64,000 bases of DNA from positions 448,001 through 512,000 of the forward strand of contig CAVZJB010000004.1 of assembly GCA_963775425.1 (NCBI GenBank), written 5' to 3'. Under the pieces are notes generated by a model. That model was not told the DNA's origin. It was given only the letters and a program-made list of their open reading frames with translations, and ran no database searches. Below, in pieces: positions 18,705 through 28,625 of the stretch. Positions within the stretch are counted from its first letter, which is position 1. Each line of letters opens with the position of its first letter. This stretch comes from an uncultured delta proteobacterium. Lineage in GTDB: Bacteria; Myxococcota; UBA727; VGSZ01. The position numbers and the translations under genes are program-made.

Positions 18705-19364
18705 ATGCTGAAGATCGGCCAGCTCATCCAGGAAGGGAACCCGTTCATCATGTTGGCGATGGTGAGCCTTCTCGCCGTCGTCATCATCACCACGGAACGG
18801 TTCTATACGCTCTACTTCCGCTATCGCTTGAAGGTCCCACCGTTCCGCAAGGCGCTCGAACAAGCGCTGACCGAGACGGACCTCAACAAGGCGCTGCGCA
18901 TCGCGTCCATCAACCAGAACCACCCCGTCTGCAAGGTGGCGCGCGCGGGCCTGCTGCGCGCCAACGGCGGGGATCGGGAGCTGGTGCGGGCGATGGAGAC
19001 GGCGCAGCTCGAGTGCATGCCCCGCATCACCGGGCTCACGCCGTTCCTCGCGATGCTCGGCAACCTGGGCACCCTGCTCGGCCTCATCGGCACCGTGTTC
19101 GGCATGATCGCGGCGTTCGAGGGCCTCGGCGTCAGCGACTCGGGCGCCAAGCAGGAGATCCTCGCCCGCGGCATCGCCCTCGCCATGAACGCGACGGCCA
19201 CCGGCCTCATGGTCGCCATCCCCGGCACCTTCTTCGCCACGCTGTTCGGCTTCCGGCAAGAGAAGATCCAGGATCAGATGGAGGAGACGTCGCTCACCGT
19301 CGCCGGCGCCATCGGCCAGGCCACCCGTGAGGCCAAGCTGCGCGCGCAGCAGGGGCAGCGCTAG
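18705..19364 (+). CDS. MotA/TolQ/ExbB proton channel family protein
   Basis: LLGLIGTVFGMIAAF...GIALAMNATATGLMVAIP; three TM segments. Confidence 0.93.
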   Translation: MLKIGQLIQEGNPFIMLAMVSLLAVVIITTERFYTLYFRYRLKVPPFRKALEQALTETDLNKALRIASINQNHPVCKVARAGLLRANGGDRELVRAMETAQLECMPRITGLTPFLAMLGNLGTLLGLIGTVFGMIAAFEGLGVSDSGAKQEILARGIALAMNATATGLMVAIPGTFFATLFGFRQEKIQDQMEETSLTVAGAIGQATREAKLRAQQGQR

Positions 19365-19367
19365 CCG

Positions 19368-19943
19368 ATGCCAAGGCGCCGCAAGATCGACGGCGACAAA
19401 GAGGTCGACCTCGCCGCCCTCGTCGACATCTTGTCGAACATGCTCTTCTTCCTGCTCGCCACCGTGAGCTTCCTGCAGCTCAAGACCTTGAACACCGCGG
19501 TGCCCGCCTTGTCGACGGGGCCGGTGTCGACGGGCAAGTCCGTCGACGTCAGCGTCGAGGTGCGAAGCACGGGCTACGTCCTCAAGGCCACGGGCGAGGC
19601 GGCGGACCCCAACTCCACCTTCCAGCCCGTGCAGCGCGACATCCCGCGCATCTCCGACGCGAGCACCTGCAAGGCGCAGAAGGCCGTGGCCCCGTGCCTT
19701 GACCGCAAGAAGCTCACCAAGGAGGCGTGGGAGATCAAGAAGCAGGCGCCCGAGACCAAGGTGGTGATGATCTTCCCGGAGCAGACCGTGCCCTTCGAGG
19801 AGATCGTCCAGACCATGGACGCCACCCGGGAGATGCCCTCCATCATCGACCCCAACAAGAAGGTGCCGCTGTTCACGCGCCCCGTGCTGTCCGAGCTGGT
19901 GACGGGGAATGAACAGGCGCGCGACGACGGACCTGCCCCGTGA
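19368..19943 (+). CDS. ExbD/TolR family protein 1
   Basis: LAALVDILSNMLFFLL with conserved Asp; PEQTVPFEEIVQTMD. Confidence 0.88.
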   Translation: MPRRRKIDGDKEVDLAALVDILSNMLFFLLATVSFLQLKTLNTAVPALSTGPVSTGKSVDVSVEVRSTGYVLKATGEAADPNSTFQPVQRDIPRISDASTCKAQKAVAPCLDRKKLTKEAWEIKKQAPETKVVMIFPEQTVPFEEIVQTMDATREMPSIIDPNKKVPLFTRPVLSELVTGNEQARDDGPAP

Positions 19944-20476
19944 GCGACGATCCGGATTGGGTGCCGCGCAAGCGGCGGAAAAAGAAGATCGAGGTGATGC
20001 GGCTGAACCTCGCGCCGCTCATCGACATCAACGCGAACCTCCTCTTCTTCCTCATCGTGGCCAACTCGGTGCAGGAGGACCGCCTGCAGGCCGGCAAGGA
20101 CGTCGAGCTCCCCGCCTCCACCTCGAGCAAGGCGGAGGCCGGCGACCTCGTCTCCGTCGTCGTCAGCATGAACAACATCTCGGTCAACGAGCTCAACATC
20201 ACGCCGTCGCCCATCAAGAACGGCCAGCTCATCGCCAACTTCCTCGACACCAAGAAGGAAGACCGCATCACGCCGCTGTACACACGGCTGACCGAGCGCT
20301 TCCAGGACCTGGTGCGCAAGGGCGCCCAGCCCGGCGCCACCGACGACGACAGCAAGCTCCCCGTGGTGCTCATCCAGGCCGACCGCCGCCTCCCGTACTC
20401 CACGCTCGCGAAGGTCATGCGCACCTGCGGTGAGGCAGGCTTCAGCAAATTCCGCTTCGCCGCCAAGAGCGGCTGA
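19940..20476 (+). CDS. ExbD/TolR family protein 2
   Basis: LNLAPLIDI...FFLI, VELP, IQADRRLPY...VM..C.EAGF. Confidence 0.9.
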   Translation: MSDDPDWVPRKRRKKKIEVMRLNLAPLIDINANLLFFLIVANSVQEDRLQAGKDVELPASTSSKAEAGDLVSVVVSMNNISVNELNITPSPIKNGQLIANFLDTKKEDRITPLYTRLTERFQDLVRKGAQPGATDDDSKLPVVLIQADRRLPYSTLAKVMRTCGEAGFSKFRFAAKSG

Positions 20477-20550
20477 GCCCCGCCCGGGCGCCGGCCAGCA
20501 CGAGCCGCCCAGCGACGGGCGAGACGAGCGGTTCCCCGCCGTCATCCCGG

Positions 20551-20559
20551 TGCTAGCTT
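20551..20559 (+). promoter_or_regulatory. Putative extended -10 (TGCTAGCTT), 9 nt before ATG of the MMPL gene
   Basis: TGnTAnnnT match, no SD sequence. Confidence 0.45.
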
Positions 20560-20568
20560 CGCGGCCGC

Positions 20569-22806
20569 ATGTTCGCCGCGCTCGGGCGCCTGTCGTTTCG
20601 CTTCCGCTGGGTGATCGCCTGCGCCTACCTGGCGCTCGTGGGTCCGCTCGTGTGGCTCGGCCTGCCGGTCTTCGAACGGCTGCGCGCCGGCGGCTTCGAG
20701 GACCCGACGTCGGAGAGCTGGCGCGTCTATTCGGACCTCGAGCGCGAGATCAAGGTCGGCGACGCCGACATCCTCGCTCTGTACACCGCGCCCTCGGGAA
20801 CCATCGACGACATCGAGGCGTACACCGCGGCGCTCGAGGCCATCTCGCGCGTCGAGAAGGACCCCGCCGTCGTCACCACCGCGAGCTGGTACACGACGCA
20901 GGCGCCGCAGCTCATCACCAAGGACAAGACGCGCACCTTCGTGCTCATCGCGCTTCGCGGCGACGACCAGACCAAGATCGAGGCCACGCGCCGCCTGAAG
21001 CCGCTCCTGGAGGCGCCGCCGCTCACGCTGCAGATGGGCGGGGTGATCCCGGTGAACATGGCCGTCGCCACCACGGTGGAGGCGGACCTCAAGCGCGCCG
21101 AGCTGGTGGCCTTCCCCATCACCGCCGTCCTCCTGCTGATCTTCTTCGGTTCGCTGGCGTCGGCGTCGCTGCCGCTCACGCTCGGGGCGCTGGCCATCGC
21201 GTTCGCCCTCGGCGTGTTGCGCGTGCTCACGGCGTTCACGCCCATGAGCATCTTCGCCGTCAACATCATCACGTTGCTCGGCCTCGGCCTCGCCATCGAC
21301 TACTCCCTGTTCCTGATCAACCGCTATCGCGAGGAGCTGCCGCGGCTCGGCCCCGAGGGCGCCCTGGTCAAAGCCGTGTCCACGACGGGGCGGGCCGTGG
21401 CGTTTTCGGGCGTGACGGTGGCGGCCAGCCTGTGTGGGCTGTTCGTGTTCCCGCAGAATTTCCTGCACTCCATCGCGCTCGGCGGCATCGCCGTGGTGCT
21501 CGGCGCCATCCTGCTGTCAGTGTCGCTGTTGCCGGCGCTGCTCGCCATCCTCGGCAAGCGCGTGGACGCGCTCAAGGTGCCCTTCATCAAGACCGAGGTG
21601 AAGGACGTCAAGGAGACGTTCTGGCACAAGATCGCCTTCGCCGTGATGCGCCGCCCGGTGCTGACGGCGCTCGCCGTGACGCTGCCTCTCCTCGTCGTGG
21701 GGACCCCGTTTTTGCGGTTCAACCCGAGCTTCCCCGACTACCGCATCCTGCCGCCCAGCGAGCCCGCCTTCATCGCCAACGACATCCTCGACAAGGAGTT
21801 CGACGGCAAGCAGATGACGCCCATCGACGTGCTCGTGAAGACGCCCTCGCGCGCGCTCGACAAGGACAACCTCGAGAAGCTCTACGACCTGTCGCAAAAG
21901 CTCGAGAAGATGCCGCACGTGAAGCAGGTCTCCGGGCTGTTCACGCTGGTCCCGGGGATCCCGCGGGAGACCATCATCGACAAGCTCTCGCTGCCCAAGG
22001 ACAAACAGGATCCACAGGTGCAGATGGGCATCGACGCCTTCTCGCACGACGACTACTTCCGCTTCGCCGTCCTCCTCGACATCACGTTCAACGAGGCCGA
22101 GTCCATCGCGCTCGTGCGCGACCTGCGCACCATCGACATCCCGGGCTTCGACGTCGAGATCGGCGGCCCGGCCGCGTTCCTCATCGACCTGCGCGACCGC
22201 CTCGTGGAGCGCGCGCCCAAGATGATCGGCATCGTCTGCCTGGTGATGTTCATCGTGCTGTTCCTGGTGTTCGGCTCGGTGACGCTGCCGTTGAAGGCGA
22301 TGCTCATGAACGCGCTGTCGTTGTCGGCGAGCTTCGGGGCGCTGGTGTGGGTGTTTCAGGACGGGCGCTTCTCCCACGTGCTGCACTACGTCCCGCTCGG
22401 CATCTCTGACTGCACGGCGCCGCTGTTGATGTTCGCCATCGTCTTCGGCTTGTCCATGGACTACGAGGTGCTGCTCCTGTCACGGGTGCGCGAGGAGTAT
22501 GTGAGGTGCGGCGACAACGACGTCGCCGTCGCCCACGGCCTCGCCCGCACCGGCAACCTCATCACGCGCGCGGCGCTCCTGCTGTTCGTGGTCATCGCGG
22601 CGTTCGGCACCAGCCACATCATCTTCATGAAGTCCCTGGGCCTGGGGATGGCGCTGGCGATCCTCCTCGACGCCACCATCGTGCGTGGCCTGCTGGTGCC
22701 GGCGGCGATGAAGCTCATGGGCAAGTGGAACTGGTGGGCCCCGGCGTTCATGGTGAAGCTCTGGGAGAAGGCCGGCCTGAGCGACCTCGAAGGCCACGAC
22801 GACTGA
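20569..22806 (+). CDS. MMPL family (RND) transporter
   Basis: GLGLAIDYSLFLINRYREEL, FGLSMDYEVLLLSRVREE, LDATIVRGLLVPAAM. Confidence 0.94.
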   Translation: MFAALGRLSFRFRWVIACAYLALVGPLVWLGLPVFERLRAGGFEDPTSESWRVYSDLEREIKVGDADILALYTAPSGTIDDIEAYTAALEAISRVEKDPAVVTTASWYTTQAPQLITKDKTRTFVLIALRGDDQTKIEATRRLKPLLEAPPLTLQMGGVIPVNMAVATTVEADLKRAELVAFPITAVLLLIFFGSLASASLPLTLGALAIAFALGVLRVLTAFTPMSIFAVNIITLLGLGLAIDYSLFLINRYREELPRLGPEGALVKAVSTTGRAVAFSGVTVAASLCGLFVFPQNFLHSIALGGIAVVLGAILLSVSLLPALLAILGKRVDALKVPFIKTEVKDVKETFWHKIAFAVMRRPVLTALAVTLPLLVVGTPFLRFNPSFPDYRILPPSEPAFIANDILDKEFDGKQMTPIDVLVKTPSRALDKDNLEKLYDLSQKLEKMPHVKQVSGLFTLVPGIPRETIIDKLSLPKDKQDPQVQMGIDAFSHDDYFRFAVLLDITFNEAESIALVRDLRTIDIPGFDVEIGGPAAFLIDLRDRLVERAPKMIGIVCLVMFIVLFLVFGSVTLPLKAMLMNALSLSASFGALVWVFQDGRFSHVLHYVPLGISDCTAPLLMFAIVFGLSMDYEVLLLSRVREEYVRCGDNDVAVAHGLARTGNLITRAALLLFVVIAAFGTSHIIFMKSLGLGMALAILLDATIVRGLLVPAAMKLMGKWNWWAPAFMVKLWEKAGLSDLEGHDD

Positions 22807-22809
22807 GGG

Positions 22810-23637
22810 TCAGCCGACGTCGAGCGTGCCCTCGACGACGAGGACGGCGTGGCCGAGGAGCGTCACGCGATCCCCGCGCAGCTCCACGCCCACGTCGCCG
22901 CCGCGGGCGCTGAGCTGGCGCCCGCGCAACGCGCGCTTGCCGAGCTTCGCGCCCCACAGCGGCCCGAGCACGCAGTGGGCGGAGCCGGTGACGGGGTCCT
23001 CGTCGACGCCCTCCGCCGGCGCGAAGAAGCGCGAGACGAAGTCCACGCCACCCTCCCCGCCGTCCCCTGTGTCGTCGACGCCCGCGGGCGCCGCCGCGCG
23101 GGCGGTGGCGCAGACGGTGCGGCAGCCGAGCGCGCGCACGGCGGCGTAGTCGGGGACGAGCTTGCCTACGGCCTCGGCGCTCTCGAGCACGACGACGACG
23201 TCCTCGCGAAAGGCGTGCTGCTCGACGACGGCCGCGCCCAGCGCGTCCGCCACGCGCGCGTCGACGGGACCCGGCGCAGGCGGACGCGCGGGGAAGTCCA
23301 TGGCGAGGGCGTCGCCGGCGCGCGCGACGAGGAGCGGGCCGGACTTCGACAGGAAGCGCACCTCGGCGGCGCCGGGGGTCAGGCGCGTGAGCACCACGTG
23401 CGCCGACGCCAGCGTCGCGTGGCCGCACAGGTCCACCTCGACGGCCGGGGTGAGCCAGCGGATGCGCCAGGCGTCGCCCTCCGGCAGCAGGAACGCCGTC
23501 TCCGAGAGGTTGTTCTCGCGAGCGATCGCTCGCATCACCTCATCGTCGACGGGGGCCTCGAGGACACAGACCGCCGCGGGGTTTCCGTGGAAGCGCTCGC
23601 GGGTGAAGGCGTCGACGACGAAGTGAGGGATGCGCAT
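22810..23637 (-). CDS. PhzF family isomerase
   Basis: VDAFT...GNPAAV, NLSETAF, EVDLCGHATLA, EDPVTGSAH. Confidence 0.93.
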   Translation of the reverse strand: MRIPHFVVDAFTRERFHGNPAAVCVLEAPVDDEVMRAIARENNLSETAFLLPEGDAWRIRWLTPAVEVDLCGHATLASAHVVLTRLTPGAAEVRFLSKSGPLLVARAGDALAMDFPARPPAPGPVDARVADALGAAVVEQHAFREDVVVVLESAEAVGKLVPDYAAVRALGCRTVCATARAAAPAGVDDTGDGGEGGVDFVSRFFAPAEGVDEDPVTGSAHCVLGPLWGAKLGKRALRGRQLSARGGDVGVELRGDRVTLLGHAVLVVEGTLDVG

Positions 23638-23686
23638 GACCCGCTCCGGAACAGGGACCAGCGCCCGCCCTCCGGGCGGAGCCGCC

Positions 23687-24247
23687 TCAGTAGCAGATGT
23701 CCTCGCGCGCGCGGTTGCGGCACGCGTCGGCGAAGCCCGCGATGGCGTCCGGCGTCAACGGGCTCGCCTCGAGGACGATGTCGGCGGCGACGGCGGCGGT
23801 GTGGACGTCGAGCTTGGGGTCGTCGGTGACGACGGTGCGAGGGTGGCCGCACTCTGGGTCGTCCGAGATGGCGTCGAAGCCGTCGAGCACCTGCTGGCGT
23901 TCGGCGTCTGTGGCGTCGGGGCCGATGAGCAGGACGATGCCGCCGTGCTCGAGGTTGTGCACCCAGTTCCCGCGGTTGACGACGTCATCGTGGACGCCCC
24001 AGCTCGCCCACACCGGGAAGTGCGGGCCCGAGGCGGGCGGGTTGTGCTCGTAGACGAGCTCCTCCTCGGTGTTGACGTGTGTCCATCCCTCGTCGGGGAC
24101 GGCCTCGGCGCCGTCGAAGGTGCACACACCGTCGCGCGGGGTGCCGTCGCTGTAGCAGCCGCCGGCGAGGCCGGCGCACGCCGCGAGCGCGACGGCGGCC
24201 GTGGCGGCGGCCCGCGCTCTCGTCGACGTGCGCACCCGGAGAGGCAT
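23687..24247 (-). CDS. DUF3105-domain lipoprotein
   Basis: H...Y.HNPPASGPH, VHNLEHGGIV; lipobox-like AGGC; start approximate. Confidence 0.8.
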   Translation of the reverse strand: MPLRVRTSTRARAAATAAVALAACAGLAGGCYSDGTPRDGVCTFDGAEAVPDEGWTHVNTEEELVYEHNPPASGPHFPVWASWGVHDDVVNRGNWVHNLEHGGIVLLIGPDATDAERQQVLDGFDAISDDPECGHPRTVVTDDPKLDVHTAAVAADIVLEASPLTPDAIAGFADACRNRAREDICY

Positions 24248-24264
24248 GGCGGCAGGATGCCACG

Positions 24265-24957
24265 TCACGGCGGCTCCCGCATCGCCGCGGTGAGCGCGTC
24301 GAGCGCGGCCCGGGTCTTCCCCCCCTCGCGCCCGAGCGGCTTGGCGCCGTGGTGCACCACGAACGCCTCGAGCGACTTGAGCGCGGCGTCGGCGTCCTTC
24401 TCGTCGACGCGGGCGGAGATCTCGACGAGGTCGCCGCCGGGGATGCGCCAGCGCTCGAGGGCCGCCGGCAGCGCGAGCCCCGGCGCCTTCGCCGGCTTCC
24501 ACACCGTCGTCGACACCGGCCCGAGGACGGCCAACGCGTCCCAGGGCACGCCCGGCGCGCCGAGCACCGTGTCGGCGAGGGCGCGCTGCGCGTCCGTGAA
24601 CAGCGAGCGCACGGGCCGCGCGCGCGCGACGACCGCCTCGATGTGCTTGCCCTTGACGTGCTCCGTGAGGCTCGTGGTGACGACGGCGGCGCTCTCCGTT
24701 CGGTCCACCTCGCGCTTGAAGCCGGCGCGCTGCTCCGTGCCGGCGGGGACCGGCGTGGCCCCCGGCACCTTCACCGCGACGTCGTCGCCGTGGCCGTGCA
24801 CCCGCCGCGCGCGCAGCACCACGCCGCGGGCGTAGAGGGTCAGCTCCGGCGTGTCGAAGAACACCACGTCGCGGCGCTCGCCGGCGTCGAGCCGCATGGC
24901 CTTCTCGACGCGCGCGCCGTCGGCGTCGCCGAGCTCGATCTTCACCTCGACCTTCAC
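24265..24957 (-). CDS. CYTH-like hypothetical protein
   Basis: N-terminal EVK, FFDTPEL.L..RGVVLRARR, VK, ERW, EIS; GTG start preceded by TACGTT. Confidence 0.6.
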   Translation of the reverse strand: MKVEVKIELGDADGARVEKAMRLDAGERRDVVFFDTPELTLYARGVVLRARRVHGHGDDVAVKVPGATPVPAGTEQRAGFKREVDRTESAAVVTTSLTEHVKGKHIEAVVARARPVRSLFTDAQRALADTVLGAPGVPWDALAVLGPVSTTVWKPAKAPGLALPAALERWRIPGGDLVEISARVDEKDADAALKSLEAFVVHHGAKPLGREGGKTRAALDALTAAMREPP

Positions 24958-25041
24958 CCCGGGAACGTACCGCACCGCGCGCCTCACCGGGCCGAGCGCC
25001 GGCGGGGTGAGCGCGCCGCGGCGGCGCTGTGAGCTCGGATC

Positions 25042-25623
25042 GTGCGCGCCGTCCCCGTCCTCGTCCTCGTCCTCGTCTGCGGCTGCGCCGTCGGGCTCGC
25101 GGGCCCGGCGCGGGCCGACAGCGTCGCGCTGCTGCCGGCGGTCGGCGACGGCGTCGCCCTCGACGACCTCGCGCGCATCATCGATCAACGGGTGCGCCGC
25201 GGCGCCGAGAAGGCCTTCGGCGACAAGCTCCAAAGGGGCGCCTCGACGCGCAAGAACCTCGACGACGCCGCCGGCCGCGGGCTCGGCTGCGACCGCGCCG
25301 GCGTGTTCGCTCCGGGCGCCGTCCTCGACTGCGTCGTCCAGGCCGGCGTGGTCTGCAACGCCGAGACCGGGGGACCGCACGAGCTGGTGGTGAGCGCCGA
25401 CGGCTTCGCCGCGGCCACGTTCCCCGTCGTCGTCGAGAGCGGCGCCGCCGCCGCCGTCGACGCCACGCTCACGCCTGCGCACGTCGCCGCGCGGCCCCCG
25501 GCGCCGCCCCGCCGCCGGAGGCCGCGCGGGCCGCCGCTCGCGGCGTTCATCGCGGGCGGCGCGACGGCCGCGGCCGGCGTGGTCGCCGTCGTCGTGGGCC
25601 TGATGCCACGGCTCTTTCCCTGA
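25042..25623 (+). CDS. Hypothetical exported/membrane protein, possibly a degraded PEGA-domain gene
   Basis: Signal-like N-terminus, HELVVSADGF...VVVESG...VDATL (PEGA-like half), C-terminal TM segment. Confidence 0.45.
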   Translation: MRAVPVLVLVLVCGCAVGLAGPARADSVALLPAVGDGVALDDLARIIDQRVRRGAEKAFGDKLQRGASTRKNLDDAAGRGLGCDRAGVFAPGAVLDCVVQAGVVCNAETGGPHELVVSADGFAAATFPVVVESGAAAAVDATLTPAHVAARPPAPPRRRRPRGPPLAAFIAGGATAAAGVVAVVVGLMPRLFP

Positions 25624-25695
25624 ACGTCGGGAGGCATGGGCGAGAGAAGGCGATGACGCGGTGATTCTAGACAGCGCGCCCGCGTGCGGCGCGGC

Positions 25696-26577
25696 TCAGG
25701 CGAGGGAGAGGAGCCGGCGGGCCTCGTCCACCGTGGCCGGCTCGCGGCCCACGAGGCGCGTGAGCTCCGCGGCCTTCTCGACGAGGGCGCCGTTGCTCTT
25801 GGCCATCTCCCCGTCGGGCAAGTAGAAGTTGTCCTCGAGACCGACCCGGATGTTGCCGCCGAGCACCAGCGAGCTCGCCACCAACCGCCACTGCGGCTTG
25901 CCGATGCCGATGACCTCCCAGGTCGACCCCGGCGGCACGATGCTCTTTTGGAGCTGGAGCGCCTCGATGGTGGTCGGCAGCCCGCCGAGCACGCCCATGA
26001 TGAACGAGAACTGCGTCGGCTTCTTGAGCTTGCCCGCGTCGTACAGCGGCCAGATGGAGTTGGTGTGGCCGCTGTCGAAGCACTCGAGCTCCGGCTTGAC
26101 GCCGCTGTCGTTCATCGCCGCCAACAGCCGCTCGATCTTGCCGAACGTGTTGTCGAAGACCATGTCGAAGACGAAGGCCTTCCGCTTCGACGAGTACTTT
26201 GCGTAGTTCATGGTGCCCATGTTCAGCGCGGCGATCTCCGGGCGCGTCTCCCGGATGATGGCCTCCTGCATGGACGTGTCGTCGCCGATGCTGCCGGTGG
26301 AGAAGTTGAGGATGATGGGGCAGCGCTTGCGCACCTCTTCCTTGATCTTGCGGAAGGTGTCGAGCTCCCAGGAGGGGCCGCCGTCGTCGGTGCGGCCATG
26401 GATGTGAACGCAGGCGGCGCCGGCGTCGTAGCAGCGCTTGGCCTCCTCGGCGAGCTCCACGGGCGTGTACGGCAGGTATGGGCACTGCGCGCGCGTGGCG
26501 AGGACGCCCGTGAGCGCCGCGGTGATGATCACCTTGTCCGACTGTGTCTTGCCCTCATGGGCGGCCTGCGTCGTCAT
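25696..26577 (-). CDS. BKACE / 3-keto-5-aminohexanoate cleavage family (DUF849) protein
   Basis: KVIITAALTG, LPYTP.E, AGAACVHIH, PEIAALNMGTMN, KPELECFD, NIRVGLED. Confidence 0.92.
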   Translation of the reverse strand: MTTQAAHEGKTQSDKVIITAALTGVLATRAQCPYLPYTPVELAEEAKRCYDAGAACVHIHGRTDDGGPSWELDTFRKIKEEVRKRCPIILNFSTGSIGDDTSMQEAIIRETRPEIAALNMGTMNYAKYSSKRKAFVFDMVFDNTFGKIERLLAAMNDSGVKPELECFDSGHTNSIWPLYDAGKLKKPTQFSFIMGVLGGLPTTIEALQLQKSIVPPGSTWEVIGIGKPQWRLVASSLVLGGNIRVGLEDNFYLPDGEMAKSNGALVEKAAELTRLVGREPATVDEARRLLSLA

Positions 26578-26578
26578 G

Positions 26579-27052
26579 TCATGCCTCAGGGAACGGGGTG
26601 TCCATCCCGCGCACGAGCGCGAGGAGCTTCTTGCGAATGCGGGCGAGGTCGTCCGGGGGCGGCGGCGCGTCGCTGGAGCTGTCGGCGACGGCGTCGTCGA
26701 CGTCCTCGGCGCCGTAGTCGAGGCTGTCGTCGACCTGGCCGAGCTCCGCGGACAGCTCACGCTCGCCGATCTCCCTGAACGCGGCGATGACGAGCGCGCG
26801 GGCGGAGGGGCTCTCGAGGTCCCAGAGCACCTCTTTGAGCGTGTCGCCCTGCTCGAAGGCCGCCACCACGCGCGCCAACAGCAGCGTGGCGCGCCACGCC
26901 TCGGGCAGGTGGCCGCAGGCCACGGGGAACGACTCGTCCCGCGCCTCCGCGCGGGTCTCGAGGATACCGATGAGCTCGACGACGGCGCGCGGCCCGAGCG
27001 CGCGCAGCGCGGCGACTGAGTGGGACGAGAAGGGATCGAGGCGGTTGCTCAT
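26579..27052 (-). CDS. Hypothetical acidic protein
   Basis: 157-aa ORF tightly packed within the operon; no family recognised. Confidence 0.6.
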   Translation of the reverse strand: MSNRLDPFSSHSVAALRALGPRAVVELIGILETRAEARDESFPVACGHLPEAWRATLLLARVVAAFEQGDTLKEVLWDLESPSARALVIAAFREIGERELSAELGQVDDSLDYGAEDVDDAVADSSSDAPPPPDDLARIRKKLLALVRGMDTPFPEA

Positions 27053-27053
27053 A

Positions 27054-28625
27054 TCAAACGGGCATAATCGCGTGCTTGCGCGGCGGCAAATGACCGCGCT
27101 TCCGGCAGGCGGTGGACAGCGCCGCGATCAGGACCTTCCGGGTGTCCCGGGGGTCGATGACGTCGTCGACGTAGGTGCGGGCCGCCGGGATGTAGGGGTT
27201 GATCAGGTCCCGGAAGCCCTCCACCAGCTCCGCCCGGGTCTTGTCGGGCTCGCTCGAGGCCTCGATCTGCTTGCGGAACGCGATGTTGACCGCGCCCTCC
27301 GGCCCCATCACGGAGATCTCGGCGGTGGGCCAGGCAACGATGAGGTCGGGCCGATAGCCCTTGCCGCACATGACGTAGTAGCCGGCGCCGTAGCCCTTGC
27401 GCACGACGACGGTGAGCTTGGGGACCGTCGCCCGCGACACCGCGAAGAGCATCTTGGCGCCGTGGCGGATGATGCCCTCCTTCTCCGTCTTCACGCCGAC
27501 CATGAAGCCGGGCACGTCCTGGAGGAACAAGAGCGGGATGCCGAACGCGTCGCAGGTCTCGATGAAGCGGGCGGCCTTGTCGGCCGGGTCATTGGTGAGG
27601 ACCCCGCCCATGTGCTTGCTGTTCGATGCCACCACGCCCACCGGACGACCGCCCATGCGGACGAGGGTGGTGATGATGGCCTGGCCGAACTTGGGCTTGA
27701 GCTCGAGGACGGGGCCGTCCGTGTCGGCGAGCCGGGCGATGAGCCCGTGCATGTCCATGGGCGCGCGGTTGTTCTCCGGCACGAGCGAGGCCGCGTCTTC
27801 GATCCGCCGCGCCGGCGCGTCGCTCGTGGGGTACGTGGGCACGGGGTCGTCGAAGCTCGACGGAAAGAACGACAGCCACGTCTTGATGGTGGCGAGCATG
27901 TGGTCGTCGTCGTCGACCTCGAGGTCGCCGACGCCGGACTCGCGGCAGTGCACCTTGGAGCCCCCGAGCTCCTCGGCGGTGACGTCGGCGCCGGTGGCGG
28001 CCTTCACGAGCGGCGGGCCCGCGAGCGCCATCGACGACGTCTTCTTCACCATGGGCACGAAGTCGGCGAGCCCGGGGACGTAGGCGGTGCCGGCGGCGCA
28101 CGGACCCATCATCGCCGCCACCTGCGGGATGACGCCCGACATCATGACCTGGTCGAAGAACATCTGGCCCGAACCGGCGAACATCGCCGTGGTGGCCTCC
28201 TGCACACGGGCGCCGGCGCTGTCGAGGAGCCAGACGATGGGGATGCGCCGCTCGAGCGCCAGCTCGCGCAGGCGGTGGCACTTGAGCTCGGTGTTCTGCC
28301 CGATGCTGCCGGCCATGACGGTGAAGTCGTACGCGATCGCGGCGACGGGGCGGCCGTCGACGAGGCCGCTGCCGACGACGACGCCGTCGGCGGGCGTCTC
28401 CCGCCCGGCCATCATGGGCGACTCGCTGGTGTGGTGCGCGTGGATCATCAGCTCGGTGAACGTGCTGTTGCCGTCGCCGTCCTTGTCGAAGAACCGGTCG
28501 ATGCGCTCCCGGCAGGTGAGCTTCTTGGCCGCGTGCTGCTTGGCGACCGCGTCCTCCCCGCCCATGCGCTTGATGCGGGCCACGCGCTCCTCGAGGTCGC
28601 GCAGCTTGTCGTCGAGGATCGTCAT
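27054..28625 (-). CDS. Acyl-CoA carboxylase carboxyltransferase (beta) subunit
   Basis: TPADGVVVG, DFTVMAGS, DSAGARVQE, AEELGGS, DVPGFMVG, GIIRHGAK; ATG overlaps the upstream stop. Confidence 0.94.
   Translation of the reverse strand: MTILDDKLRDLEERVARIKRMGGEDAVAKQHAAKKLTCRERIDRFFDKDGDGNSTFTELMIHAHHTSESPMMAGRETPADGVVVGSGLVDGRPVAAIAYDFTVMAGSIGQNTELKCHRLRELALERRIPIVWLLDSAGARVQEATTAMFAGSGQMFFDQVMMSGVIPQVAAMMGPCAAGTAYVPGLADFVPMVKKTSSMALAGPPLVKAATGADVTAEELGGSKVHCRESGVGDLEVDDDDHMLATIKTWLSFFPSSFDDPVPTYPTSDAPARRIEDAASLVPENNRAPMDMHGLIARLADTDGPVLELKPKFGQAIITTLVRMGGRPVGVVASNSKHMGGVLTNDPADKAARFIETCDAFGIPLLFLQDVPGFMVGVKTEKEGIIRHGAKMLFAVSRATVPKLTVVVRKGYGAGYYVMCGKGYRPDLIVAWPTAEISVMGPEGAVNIAFRKQIEASSEPDKTRAELVEGFRDLINPYIPAARTYVDDVIDPRDTRKVLIAALSTACRKRGHLPPRKHAIMPV

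Noticed and set aside
22810-23637. Phenazine biosynthesis cluster
   Set aside because: Lone PhzF-like gene with no phzA/B/D/E/G
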